Of a stretch of 64,000 bases of DNA, positions 48,395 through 58,145 are shown piece after piece. The notes under the pieces were generated by a model, which was not told the DNA's origin, did not search any database, and saw only the letters and a list, made by a program, of their open reading frames with translations. Source of the DNA: a virus; the IMG/VR virus record IMGVR_UViG_3300045120_000483, positions 1 to 64,000 of that record, one strand, 5' to 3'. Position numbers and translations under genes: made by a program. Positions within the stretch are counted from its first letter, which is position 1; every line of letters starts with the position of its first letter.

Positions 48395-50227
48395 TTACTT
48401 CTTTCCTTTGGCCTGTTTCAGAGCAGTTCGCATTGTGACAAACATCCTCTTGGCCTTATTGTCATCTAGGTTAGCCGGGGCATTCTTTCGGAAAGCTGGG
48501 AAGTCATTAGCCGCTACGGCCCGACGCTGTTTACTGGCGGACACTCCCCCAATTTCCTTGCTAGCCGGGTCTCTGTCCCCTCCGGAGACAATATTAATCT
48601 TTGAAAAATGGAACAATTTACCGGGCTCCGGTCCATTATATTTCGCCACAAGCTTCTTATAGTCCGCAACCCGGTCGGAACCCGCCATAATCGTCAAATG
48701 TTTAACCCCCGAATGATGCATATGCTTCAACTGGGCGACAAGAGTGGCTTTATCGGGACCTGCGACCGCAACATCAGCCTTCGGAAACATACTTTTAAGC
48801 CATTTCAGTTTATCGGCCGGGGACAAGGGGTTTTTCTTATCTCCCTGAGAGCCTGAGGCGACCACTGATAACTTTCCGCCGGTTTTGGTAGCTATCCTAC
48901 CCCCCTGATCAATTAATTGCCTGTGGCCCTCTGTGGGCGGATTAAAACGGCCCCAAACCAGGACGGTCGGGTTATCGGATGGATTGACCTTCGCATTCCA
49001 GTCAAAATTAGCCGCAGAGAAATGATTTCGATCCACCAGCTTGACGGGCTCATGATTTAGAGAAGCAACAAACCCCTCTGGTTTTGACTTGTTTCCTAGG
49101 ATAGTCTCATCGTAAGGAGACTTGTGAGATAAAGTATCCACAAGCACGTTTTTAGCATTTTGAAGGTGTTTATGAGCCATAAACAGAGATTTGAAAGTAT
49201 CTTCATTCCCCAAAACATTCTTAATCTCCGTATTCAAGTTAGATTTCAAGTTAGATTTACCTGAATCGGTCTTCAGGTCCTCCATTTTACTATTCATTTG
49301 CTTTCGAAGGAAGCTGATATAGCCTGAAACTGTATTTTCTTTCCGATTCTTTACCGCATCATTGATATAGGCCAGAAGGGTCTTTTCATGGTTCCGAACC
49401 GGCTCATGATCCGGAATTTTAGAAAAGACCTTTCGGGCCTTGGTCAGAGCATCACTGAACTTCTTCTGATCCCCGGGCGGATAGTAAAAATTCCCCCCCA
49501 CCTTGGTATTGAACAAATGGACATCTGGAGAATCCTTAAAAGCCCCATGATCAAATTTATATTTGGCTTTTAGAGTTCCATCCATTTCGGGTTCATAAGT
49601 GGTATGGGGGGCAATCCCGATCTTCGAATCAGCTATTTTCCTGCCCTCCGCTGAGCCCTTCGGAACATGATAGGAAAGGGTATTGGGAGAGAATGAATAA
49701 TGGGAATTGTTAGCAACACCAACATCCTCCGCCGTGTACATCAGATCACCCTGATAAACGCCTTCCTTGGGGGTTATCCCCTTCAGGTGCTTCAGAGCAT
49801 TCTTGAGCTTCTTAACCAGACCCGGGCTCTTTCCATGATTGGCCTCAATATCCTTATCCGAAAAGTTGATTTTTGGGCTCTTGTTGAAAAAAGCCTTGGT
49901 GCCTACAAAGAACTTTTTAGTTTCGGGGTGATGTCCCCAGACCAAAGAAGGGCTTCCGTCCATCTTTGTCGTCAAATTAAACTTATCGTTCTTCTTGCCG
50001 GTCAGAAAATTATGAGTATGGGTCAGAAATTCTGAAGCCTTACTCAGACCATCGGGGTGACGGATTAGCAGGTCTTCAGCATGATCTAAGTGCTGGTTTT
50101 TGGAAGATTTCTTCTCTTCCCTGGCTCCTTCGGTGAGAAGTTCGGCATCCTCAAAGATAGCCGAAAAATCCGGATCGACTAGAACGCCCTCCGGGAATAA
50201 ATGGGTGATTTCATGTAATAATTTCAT
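48395..50227 (-). CDS. Fusion of ligase-like (DUF6267-type) domain and HIGH-motif cytidylyltransferase-like domain
   Basis: TKMDGS, QGDL, PEGFV, VKLVD; then GRFNPPTEGH, KNPLS, AGSDR, SASK; late promoter at 50232-50239. Confidence 0.75.
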   Translation of the reverse strand: MKLLHEITHLFPEGVLVDPDFSAIFEDAELLTEGAREEKKSSKNQHLDHAEDLLIRHPDGLSKASEFLTHTHNFLTGKKNDKFNLTTKMDGSPSLVWGHHPETKKFFVGTKAFFNKSPKINFSDKDIEANHGKSPGLVKKLKNALKHLKGITPKEGVYQGDLMYTAEDVGVANNSHYSFSPNTLSYHVPKGSAEGRKIADSKIGIAPHTTYEPEMDGTLKAKYKFDHGAFKDSPDVHLFNTKVGGNFYYPPGDQKKFSDALTKARKVFSKIPDHEPVRNHEKTLLAYINDAVKNRKENTVSGYISFLRKQMNSKMEDLKTDSGKSNLKSNLNTEIKNVLGNEDTFKSLFMAHKHLQNAKNVLVDTLSHKSPYDETILGNKSKPEGFVASLNHEPVKLVDRNHFSAANFDWNAKVNPSDNPTVLVWGRFNPPTEGHRQLIDQGGRIATKTGGKLSVVASGSQGDKKNPLSPADKLKWLKSMFPKADVAVAGPDKATLVAQLKHMHHSGVKHLTIMAGSDRVADYKKLVAKYNGPEPGKLFHFSKINIVSGGDRDPASKEIGGVSASKQRRAVAANDFPAFRKNAPANLDDNKAKRMFVTMRTALKQAKGKK

Positions 50228-50239
50228 CAAATATTTATC

Positions 50240-51601
50240 TCATTTGATCCCGGCAAATAACCCTTTCAGGACTTCCTTCCCGGCATCCATTACCGGGACA
50301 CTATCCTTTTCGGGTTTAATGTCGGCAGAAACATCAAAAAGTCGCATCTTATCCAGGTCCAAACCCAGATGAAACCTCAAATAGTAGTCCTTACGATTGT
50401 AGCGATTCTTAATTTGTTTGATAAAAACCTGTTTCAGAGCATCAAGCTCTTCCGTTCGAACAATTGCCAGAATAATATCAGCGGCGGCGGCAAGACCAAA
50501 GGATTCAGAGATATGATGCATCTCCGGTTCAGAACTCTTAAACCCCTCCCTATTGAACTGAGTGGCAGAAACAATGGGAACGTTAAACTCCTTGGCCAAC
50601 CCCCTGATCTCTTGAGCAATGGCCTGAACATATTCATAGAGACCGACGTTACCAGAAAGTTTAATTCGGGAGGACTTGCAGATATTTAGATAGTCGATGT
50701 AGATGATATCCGGAACAAACTTCTTCTTCAACTTCAATTCATTGAGAAGATGACGAAAATTATCGGCCCCCGCCGTTGCTTCATTGTACTCCTGAATAAT
50801 CAGCTTACCGGGAGTCTTGTCCCACACCTTCTTGATCTTATTATGAAAAGCCGCCTTATCCAGCTTAACAAGATCATTCAGGGCAACATCCATCAGATTG
50901 GCATCGATACGCTCCGCAATAAGCTGTTCGGCCATCTCCATAGTAATGTAGAGGACATTAAATCCCCTGACCAAATTAGCAGCCGCCATATGACACATGA
51001 ACAGCGACTTACCGAAACCAACACCCCCCATAAGAATATTAAGGGTCTTTCGAATCAGACCCCCCTTGGTAATCTTGTTCATAATCTCTAAATCAAAGGG
51101 GATACGAACATGCTTTTCATGAAAAAATGAGTGTCGATCTTCCCAATCTTCAAAATAGTCATGACCAATATGAGAATCAAAAGAAACAGCTAGAGCATCC
51201 GACAAGATTTGGGGGATAGCTCCCCGCCCCAGCGTGTTACCCTTTTTGTTCTCCATAATCGACATGGCCTTGTACAGACCATTCTCAATCGCCTTATCCT
51301 GACAGAACTTCTCTGAGGCATTGACCAACCAATCCAACTCAAGCTTCTTACCGTCATAGGTGTCAACAATAACCTGACAACCCTTGGCGGTTTCTTCCGT
51401 CAGGTCCCGTCGATTATCAATTTCAATCTTGACGGCCTGAAGCTCCGGAGACTTATTATACTTATTGACATAATCCCGGATGACCTCAAAGGCTATCCGT
51501 TCGGAACGATCATGAAAATATTCCGGTTGAATATGAGGAAGAACTTTTCGGGAGAAATCTTCATTCGAAATCAGATTGTGAAGTATAGTTTGTTCGATCA
51601 A
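50240..51601 (-). CDS. gp41: Replicative helicase
   Basis: GGVGFGKS, YITMEM, IDYLNI, SATQ, SESFGL, KNRY. Confidence 0.95.
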   Translation of the reverse strand: MIEQTILHNLISNEDFSRKVLPHIQPEYFHDRSERIAFEVIRDYVNKYNKSPELQAVKIEIDNRRDLTEETAKGCQVIVDTYDGKKLELDWLVNASEKFCQDKAIENGLYKAMSIMENKKGNTLGRGAIPQILSDALAVSFDSHIGHDYFEDWEDRHSFFHEKHVRIPFDLEIMNKITKGGLIRKTLNILMGGVGFGKSLFMCHMAAANLVRGFNVLYITMEMAEQLIAERIDANLMDVALNDLVKLDKAAFHNKIKKVWDKTPGKLIIQEYNEATAGADNFRHLLNELKLKKKFVPDIIYIDYLNICKSSRIKLSGNVGLYEYVQAIAQEIRGLAKEFNVPIVSATQFNREGFKSSEPEMHHISESFGLAAAADIILAIVRTEELDALKQVFIKQIKNRYNRKDYYLRFHLGLDLDKMRLFDVSADIKPEKDSVPVMDAGKEVLKGLFAGIK

Positions 51602-52095
51602 TTTTGGGGAATTTCCTCTCTAGAAAGAACATAAACAACCGGTTCGGCATGAAACATCGACTCCTGAATGATCTCTGAAATGATCTTCCAATCGCCGCCC
51701 CCTAGACCGGCCCCGATCTTTGGCATTGCCACGGCCGTAAAAGCGGGACCTCCAAAGTTTCCATCATAACAGAACGTGTTCAAACGCCTCATACATTCCC
51801 GAATGGCATTGTAATCAACATACTGTTTGTTTTGACGACCATAGAATTCTTGTGTGATGCAGTTCGCAATTGCCTTACCGCCCGAATAAGCAAAGATGAT
51901 ATCCCCCGGAACGAAAGGAGTTGTATCTTTAAATTCCATTATTTTTTGGGCGTAAGTTCTATAGGCAGATGGAAAAGCTTGTTTGATAGCTAAGGCGACT
52001 CCGGCCCCCATCACACCTTGAGCATTACAGCCATGAGCTATTATCGGCTCCGGAGCTTTTGTCAAATTCCCCACAACATATCGAATATTTGTCAT
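51598..52095 (-). CDS. Macro-domain (ADP-ribose hydrolase-like) protein
   Basis: IAHGCNAQGVMGAGVA, PKIGAGLGGGDW. Confidence 0.9.
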   Translation of the reverse strand: MTNIRYVVGNLTKAPEPIIAHGCNAQGVMGAGVALAIKQAFPSAYRTYAQKIMEFKDTTPFVPGDIIFAYSGGKAIANCITQEFYGRQNKQYVDYNAIRECMRRLNTFCYDGNFGGPAFTAVAMPKIGAGLGGGDWKIISEIIQESMFHAEPVVYVLSREEIPQN

Positions 52096-52122
52096 ACACT
52101 TCTCCAAAACGACAAGTGTAGA

Positions 52123-53145
52123 TCACTCTACTGGGGTTGTCAAGTTTCCCTCCAAACAATATTTCTTCCGAATATGTTCCTTGAATTTCTCATTTTTGAT
52201 TAGAACCTCCCAAAAGGAATCATCCTCTTCCAGAGTCTTGCGTTGAGACTTCTTCTCCATTCCTTCACATTGATACCAAGCCCCCGATTGAGTAATCAGC
52301 CCGGACTCTACCCCCTCTTCCAACAAACCCGACCACTTGAAGATGCCAGATTCAAATGAAACTGTAATCGGAATTTTGCTCTTTTCGCGAACCGTTCGGG
52401 ATTTATCGATATTAATAATAAACTCATATCCAGACAATTCCTTGCCATCCTTATCCTGTTTACGTCCAATGACCCAAATATCATTGCCGTTGTAGTAGCC
52501 GCCCCGGCCGCCGCTCACTACTTCTTTGGAATAGGTTTCCTGGGTCTGATAAGTGTGATTGACACAAATCAGAGGAATACCCTTGAGGGTCAATGACGGC
52601 CCAATAATTCGAAACACCGATTTAATTTGTTTTGCCCGGGTCATATCAGCCGCATCATTACCCTTCAGGGCATCGTCAACCTCTTTCTTTGAGGCGATAT
52701 TTCCCAGAGAATCCACAAAGATAAAGACCTCATCCCCCTTTTTCATACTCTCAAGCTGAACAGCAATATCATGCTTGAACATTTCGATATTAGTAATCGG
52801 GGTGTGAATAACCTTATCCATATTGATCTGAAGGGAATTGAAATACCCCTCCGGAGAACCAAACTCCGAATCATAAAACAAGCAGACCCCTTCGGGATAC
52901 TTCCGTTGAAACGACTGTAGCATCAAAAGAGCAAAAATCGTTTTGAAATGTTTTGGGGGGCCCGCAATAATGGTCACCCCCGGTAGCAACCCGCCATCAA
53001 GTTCTCCACACAAGGCGACGTTGACCATGGGGACGACCGTTGATATTCGTTCCCGATCAGCAAAGACCGTTGATTCCGATAGAACGGAGGTCAGTTCGAT
53101 AGTGGATGCTTTTAAAATACGATCCCGCAGGGTTGTATTAATCAT
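52123..53145 (-). CDS. uvsX: RecA-like recombinase
   Basis: GPPKHFKT, YDSEFG, DSLGN.ASKKE, DMTRAK. Confidence 0.95.
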   Translation of the reverse strand: MINTTLRDRILKASTIELTSVLSESTVFADRERISTVVPMVNVALCGELDGGLLPGVTIIAGPPKHFKTIFALLMLQSFQRKYPEGVCLFYDSEFGSPEGYFNSLQINMDKVIHTPITNIEMFKHDIAVQLESMKKGDEVFIFVDSLGNIASKKEVDDALKGNDAADMTRAKQIKSVFRIIGPSLTLKGIPLICVNHTYQTQETYSKEVVSGGRGGYYNGNDIWVIGRKQDKDGKELSGYEFIINIDKSRTVREKSKIPITVSFESGIFKWSGLLEEGVESGLITQSGAWYQCEGMEKKSQRKTLEEDDSFWEVLIKNEKFKEHIRKKYCLEGNLTTPVE

Positions 53146-53344
53146 GATTTTTTTCCTTGTATATCTCTATGTCTGTTTGTGTTTTTTTGAGTTGAATGAA
53201 AAGTAAACTTTCTAGCTGTTGAAGGGTCACCTTCAGGGCTTCCGACCCTTTACATTCGGAATATAATGATTGCCAAAGTTGACTTTGTAAGTCCAGAGCC
53301 GTTTGAAGCCGTTTTTCTTTCTTTACCAAAATATCATATATCAC
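53138..53344 (-). CDS. Small coiled-coil hypothetical
   Basis: ORF between gp43 and uvsX. Confidence 0.5.
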   Translation of the reverse strand: MIYDILVKKEKRLQTALDLQSQLWQSLYSECKGSEALKVTLQQLESLLFIQLKKTQTDIEIYKEKNHD

Positions 53345-53413
53345 AGTATGACTACTCCTGTTAGGACTCCTGTTAAAATGAATACAACTGCTATCATTAG
53401 CAGTAATTTGAGA

Positions 53414-55933
53414 TTATCCAAGAGCCGCGCCCAGTGTTGCTTTCTTCTCCGTATTCCAACCAATAACGCTGGTAATTGACTGGACCGGGTTTAGAAAAGT
53501 CTTCTCCCATTGGGTCACTCTGTCTACATACTTATCGACATTGATTTGCTTGGGAAGAAAGCCCTCATCCGGGAGGGTAAGAACGTGCGACCGAAAAATG
53601 TTGGGCTCTTTCAAATAGACAAACCGTATCTTGTCCCGGGACTTGATCTTGTTGAATTTGTTTTTCAGTTCATACTTATCGATTTGTTCGTTATAGACAA
53701 TTGCCCCTCTGACATGAATGGGGCAATGCGGTTTGAACCGAAACACCGGGTCAAAATAATCCTCAATCCCGTTGACGGTCTTGGGAAGAGCAATGTCCAT
53801 AACGGACAATCTCATAAACTCCAGTTTAAACTTCTTCACAAGATCGTGAAGGGCTTTTTCATCCTTGAACATAATGATATTCAGGGCTTCTTTCATATGG
53901 TCCCGACAGGCCTTGGGTTTATCGGAACGGGCAACTTCAATACCCTTATAAAGGAGCTTGGGAGGATCATACCTAACCCCCTCCTTATCCAGAACGGACA
54001 TCACATACATCTTCTTGCCGCGCCAAATCGCTTTGGCCGCGATCACTTCCCTCTTCATCTTTACAACATTATTGTAGCTGTTTAGCATTCGGGCCAAATC
54101 AGCACACTGTTTATCGATAAAGGGTTCTAGCTTTTTCTTACAAAGAGCATCAATAAAATCCAATTTCTTTTCCGGAGCAATCTCCAGGGCCTTGGTAATA
54201 GCTTCGACTTTGATATACAAGCTATCCGTATCCCCCGCGACAATAAAATCCTGTCCCTCTGTCTTCAGAACCTTATTCAGATAGATATTGATATTTCGCA
54301 TTACCCACTTGATATACAACTGACCGGTCAAAGTCACCGACTCAGCCAAATTGATATCAAACCACCGGCAATATTCATTGCTCAAAGCGCCGTACAAACC
54401 ATTAGTCAAAATTTTCAATGCATTCTGATAACTATCCAATTGTCCAATTTTGTTCTTGTCGGGATTATCAGACTTTTGCATTTCCAGCATTTCTTGTTTA
54501 ACCACATCTCTATCAGAGATAAACTGATCAACGATGGCCGGGATGAAGCCCCGAATATCTCTCCGATAGACACACTTATTTGCACATAATGTGAGGTTTT
54601 TGTCTTGGAGATATTCGGTAGCTCCATCCCAATTCTCTACGTCGAACTTAGTAAACTCCGGTATTCGATTGAAACCCGCCGTCAGAAACGTTTCCGGAGA
54701 AATGTTATGCTGAGAAATAAGAGAAGGATACAGGGACCTAAAGTCAAAAGAAATCACGTCATGGGAAAGACCAATCTGGGGGTCCAGAACGAAACCCCCA
54801 CTAAAGTCCCGAACAGTCTGGGGTTTGTTCTGAGGGATAACAATTCCCCGCTCCAAAAGATAATTGTGAAGGATCACGTCCCAAGGTTTCACCGTCACAA
54901 AGGCATCATTCAAATTGACCTTGGCCTTGTAAGCCATGGCAAAAATCTGTCGAAGAAACCCCAACTTCTCTTCTAATTTTTGAACCAACACCGCATCATG
55001 AATATTGTAGTCATAGTAGCGTTCGGGGTCCTTCTCATACAAGTCATTCAGACTTTCAAACTCTGAATAATCCAGCTTGCGTTCCCCTAACTCCAGAAAG
55101 GCGATGTTGTCTAGTCGATAGGAATCCCGGGAAGAAGACGTGAATTTCTTGTAAAGCTGAATATAGTCAAGCTGACTGATCCCGGCAATCTCATAGATTT
55201 TATCCGTTCGATTCTCAATATTCTTCGAAGAATTAGACGTTGATTTGCCTCTAACCACATCCTTTTCATCTACAATCCGCCAGGGACTGAGCCGTAACAT
55301 GGCATCCGTCCCAAGAATTCGTTCAATTCTATTAATAAGATAGGGCATGTCAAAACGGTCGGAATACCAACCGCTTACCACATCACAAACCCATTCATCC
55401 GACTCCCAGACATTTAGGAAATCATTCAACATCCTCCTTTCATCCTCATAGAGGACATAGACCACCTTAGGATTCTTCGGGAGATAATATTTGGTTCCGA
55501 AGGTAATAATCTTATCCCCCCGGACTAGAGTGATGGCCGTTACCTCATCCTCCCCTTTCATGGGGTTCGGCATTCCGTTCTTGGAATCGACCTCAATATC
55601 GATAAAATTAATTCGGATCAACCGGGGGTCATAATCCACCTTTCCCGGAAAATGATCGTTGATGAAGGGGTATTTAAAGTTCGTCATTCCATAGAATGGG
55701 ATGTTCGAAACCCCTTCGTAATGCTTAATAAAGTCGCGGGCGGCTCCCAGACTATCGAATTCAACCTTTTGAGCGGAGGTCCCTTCAAGGGTCTTGAATG
55801 GCCCGGGGCCCGGTAAGAAGAGGTAGGGCTTATAATCAATTGTCTCTACAATACGCTTGTCCCCAAGGTATCCGATGAGACAGATTTTATCACGTTTCTG
55901 ATAAACGTTGGTATAAAAATACTTACTTGTCAT
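53414..55933 (-). CDS. gp43: Family B DNA polymerase
   Basis: DIEVD, YNIHD, SFDFRSLYPS, K..NGLYG, GDTDS; no intein or intron apparent. Confidence 0.97.
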   Translation of the reverse strand: MTSKYFYTNVYQKRDKICLIGYLGDKRIVETIDYKPYLFLPGPGPFKTLEGTSAQKVEFDSLGAARDFIKHYEGVSNIPFYGMTNFKYPFINDHFPGKVDYDPRLIRINFIDIEVDSKNGMPNPMKGEDEVTAITLVRGDKIITFGTKYYLPKNPKVVYVLYEDERRMLNDFLNVWESDEWVCDVVSGWYSDRFDMPYLINRIERILGTDAMLRLSPWRIVDEKDVVRGKSTSNSSKNIENRTDKIYEIAGISQLDYIQLYKKFTSSSRDSYRLDNIAFLELGERKLDYSEFESLNDLYEKDPERYYDYNIHDAVLVQKLEEKLGFLRQIFAMAYKAKVNLNDAFVTVKPWDVILHNYLLERGIVIPQNKPQTVRDFSGGFVLDPQIGLSHDVISFDFRSLYPSLISQHNISPETFLTAGFNRIPEFTKFDVENWDGATEYLQDKNLTLCANKCVYRRDIRGFIPAIVDQFISDRDVVKQEMLEMQKSDNPDKNKIGQLDSYQNALKILTNGLYGALSNEYCRWFDINLAESVTLTGQLYIKWVMRNINIYLNKVLKTEGQDFIVAGDTDSLYIKVEAITKALEIAPEKKLDFIDALCKKKLEPFIDKQCADLARMLNSYNNVVKMKREVIAAKAIWRGKKMYVMSVLDKEGVRYDPPKLLYKGIEVARSDKPKACRDHMKEALNIIMFKDEKALHDLVKKFKLEFMRLSVMDIALPKTVNGIEDYFDPVFRFKPHCPIHVRGAIVYNEQIDKYELKNKFNKIKSRDKIRFVYLKEPNIFRSHVLTLPDEGFLPKQINVDKYVDRVTQWEKTFLNPVQSITSVIGWNTEKKATLGAALG

Positions 55934-55940
55934 TCATTCC

Positions 55941-55969
55941 ATGATATCTGAAAACGTCTTCTCTGTCAA
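55941..55969 (-). promoter_or_regulatory. Sigma70-type promoter of gp43
   Basis: TTGACA-17-TATCAT, 7 nt before ATG. Confidence 0.75.
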
Positions 55970-55972
55970 GAC

Positions 55973-56194
55973 CTAATGTAACTTTCTCTCATTAGAAGTT
56001 TCGGCGGACGATACCACAAACCGATAACCATCCGGAGAGACCATATAAACCGGTTCCAGACCCGCCTTCTTGAAAATCTCCCCCCGAATCAGGAGGTTCT
56101 TGACATTCAACTCACATGTATAAATGTCCATCTTGGACTTCAACCAATCCTCCGTAACGATATCGTAAGTCGTAAAAACTTCGTAGGGTATCAT
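55973..56194 (-). CDS. Hypothetical
   Basis: Start reset to MIPYE behind SD GAGGGAG. Confidence 0.55.
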   Translation of the reverse strand: MIPYEVFTTYDIVTEDWLKSKMDIYTCELNVKNLLIRGEIFKKAGLEPVYMVSPDGYRFVVSSAETSNERKLH

Positions 56195-56217
56195 TGCTAC
56201 TCCCTCATTCTCACTTC

Positions 56218-56235
56218 TGTATTTAGCTAAATACA
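56218..56235. promoter_or_regulatory. Palindromic bidirectional late promoter
   Basis: TGTATTTAGCTAAATACA is a perfect 18-bp palindrome with CTAAATA on both strands. Confidence 0.6.
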
Positions 56236-56238
56236 TGT

Positions 56239-56607
56239 ATGTTCGGTCTAAGCATCGGTACCAAGCTCATCATCATCTTAGGTCTTGTCCTTTCCCTTCT
56301 GGGAGCGGCGGGAGGAGGCTATCTGTTCATTCAGCATCAGGCCGCCCAAACTCAACTCTTGAAAGACCAAAAAGCTCAATTGGAACAAATCGTTGCCCAA
56401 CAAAACAAAGTCATCGAACAAAATAATGCCATCATGGAACTGGGGGACGCCTCCACCAAGAAATTCTCCGAAGTCATTGATACTCTTAGCTTAAATCATG
56501 AAGCCCTGAAGGAATTTCTATCCTCCCCCGAAGCCAACAAAATGGATAGAGGGTCATCCGACCTACTTAAGAAAACCATAGAAGAATTATCTAAAAAGGG
56601 AAAATAA
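56239..56607 (+). CDS. i-spanin (Rz-like)
   Basis: N-terminal TM plus coiled coil, followed by a lipoprotein gene. Confidence 0.8.
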   Translation: MFGLSIGTKLIIILGLVLSLLGAAGGGYLFIQHQAAQTQLLKDQKAQLEQIVAQQNKVIEQNNAIMELGDASTKKFSEVIDTLSLNHEALKEFLSSPEANKMDRGSSDLLKKTIEELSKKGK

Positions 56608-56912
56608 TGAGAAAAACTATTCTAGCATCTATTTTGGGAACTTCCCTGCTACTTGCCGGTTGTAACGAAAATGACATGGTTCAACTTCAGACCCAATACA
56701 AGGTCGTAATCGCCCCCAACTCCTTGTATAATTGTCCTCAGGTCACTAAATGGCCAAAGGTAAAGACCCTGACAGACTTGCAGGTCGCCCGGGTCATGGT
56801 GCAATTGGCCGAAAGCAATAAGATTTGCGCGGCTAGCCTAAATGCCGTCAAGCAGTTCTATGCTGATGCCAAGGTTCGAATTGAGGGTTCCAACCCTACT
56901 AAACGAAAGTAG
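56607..56912 (+). CDS. o-spanin (Rz1-like)
   Basis: Lipobox LLAG-C, Pro/Cys pattern. Confidence 0.8.
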   Translation: MRKTILASILGTSLLLAGCNENDMVQLQTQYKVVIAPNSLYNCPQVTKWPKVKTLTDLQVARVMVQLAESNKICAASLNAVKQFYADAKVRIEGSNPTKRK

Positions 56913-57057
56913 CCTCTTCGATGAGGGGTTTGTCTGCTAGCTGCATTCCCCGTAGGGACTTCAGAAAGTCGATCACTTCCTTCATGGAGGTAAAGAGCTT
57001 GGACTGATTAATCAGTTGCTTTTGCTCATTTCGATATTGATACGATACCTGAATCAT
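56899..57057 (-). CDS. 52-aa hypothetical (not in ORF track)
   Basis: MIQVSYQYRNE..; promoter TTGACA-17-TACAAT at 57093-57121. Confidence 0.5.
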   Translation of the reverse strand: MIQVSYQYRNEQKQLINQSKLFTSMKEVIDFLKSLRGMQLADKPLIEEATFV

Positions 57058-57238
57058 CCAAATCCCCTATTTCTCTCTCATTTAATGCTAAAATTGTACA
57101 GCATCTTCAATGAGTTGTCAAGGGGATTAATTTAACACAAATTCTACCAAAAATGGCATTGACATCCTCCCAGAAATGAACTATTATTTGCAATACTGAG
57201 GGCGACCGCCTTTCAGAGACAACAACCAGGGAGATATC

Positions 57239-57625
57239 ATGACTACATCAAGATTGGCCAAAAAGGCCGGAATTTCCGTGCAGAACGGAGAGGTTATCAA
57301 GCTGAACGTGATCACCACCGGACGCGATAAAGGGGGTGTTCCCATGCAACTTTCCGAAGTGGCGGGAGAAACGACCACTTGTTTCTACACCTTCACGCAT
57401 CTTCCCAAGCCAATGAATAAGCTGGATGCCGCGAAGTACCTTCTGACCCTGCGGGAATATCAGGACCCCGCTACCGTTGCGTACCTACAGGCTGAAATTG
57501 CCAAACGGTCCAAGACGGAAATTACGATAAGAGTGGCGACCGACCCGGATACTACTTCTTCCGGTATTGATGCCATCAAGCAAGCCGTCAAGCAAGTTGT
57601 GAGAGAAGCCGCCCGAAAGGATTAA
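57239..57625 (+). CDS. Early hypothetical
   Basis: TTGACA-17-TATTAT at 57159-57187; SD GGGAG. Confidence 0.7.
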   Translation: MTTSRLAKKAGISVQNGEVIKLNVITTGRDKGGVPMQLSEVAGETTTCFYTFTHLPKPMNKLDAAKYLLTLREYQDPATVAYLQAEIAKRSKTEITIRVATDPDTTSSGIDAIKQAVKQVVREAARKD

Positions 57626-57662
57626 TCCTTATGGCAAATTTGCCCTTCGGGAGCCAAAATGT

Positions 57663-57686
57663 AAGGGGGTCTAATCGGCCCCCTTC
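57663..57686. terminator. Hairpin between convergent genes
   Basis: AAGGGGGTC-taatc-GGCCCCCTT. Confidence 0.6.
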
Positions 57687-57697
57687 ATCATTCATTT

Positions 57698-58123
57698 TTA
57701 CTTCTTTCCGCCAATGTTATATTTCGCTACAAGAGTATATTCCGACTTTTGGCTGTAGGGGAGAACCTTAATTTGATTGAGGGGAAGCTTATCCTTCACA
57801 AGCTCCGGATTGATAATCTTCAAAAGCCCCCAATCCTCCAGAAGAGAAACAACCAGATTGCGGCGTAACCGGTCCTCTTCGGAAAAATTGGTAGGCTTTC
57901 CATCAATACCAAACAATTCCTTAAAGTGCAGAATAGCATACTTCCCCTTCTTATGAAGGATATGACAGGACTGACATAGGGTCTTACTCTGAGTGGAGGG
58001 AATACCTACTCTTGTCAATGTTTCTCTGATTTTGAGAAAGGCGTCTCTTAGTTGGTCTTCAGCGGCGGCGTTTTGTGGTAGGGAAACCGGTACCCCATAT
58101 CCCCGAAAAGTATCATTTTCCAT
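57698..58123 (-). CDS. regA: Translational repressor
   Basis: FLKIRETLTRVGI, QSCHILHK.G.Y..HFKELF. Confidence 0.95.
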   Translation of the reverse strand: MENDTFRGYGVPVSLPQNAAAEDQLRDAFLKIRETLTRVGIPSTQSKTLCQSCHILHKKGKYAILHFKELFGIDGKPTNFSEEDRLRRNLVVSLLEDWGLLKIINPELVKDKLPLNQIKVLPYSQKSEYTLVAKYNIGGKK

Positions 58124-58145
58124 GATGTATTTCCTTTTATTGTTT

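Noticed and set aside
53354-53376. Direct repeat ACTCCTGTTA twice
   Set aside because: Explained as a duplicated SD (AACAGGAG on the - strand)
33767-55933. Introns or inteins in nrdJ, gp41 or gp43
   Set aside because: Lengths are normal and motifs contiguous
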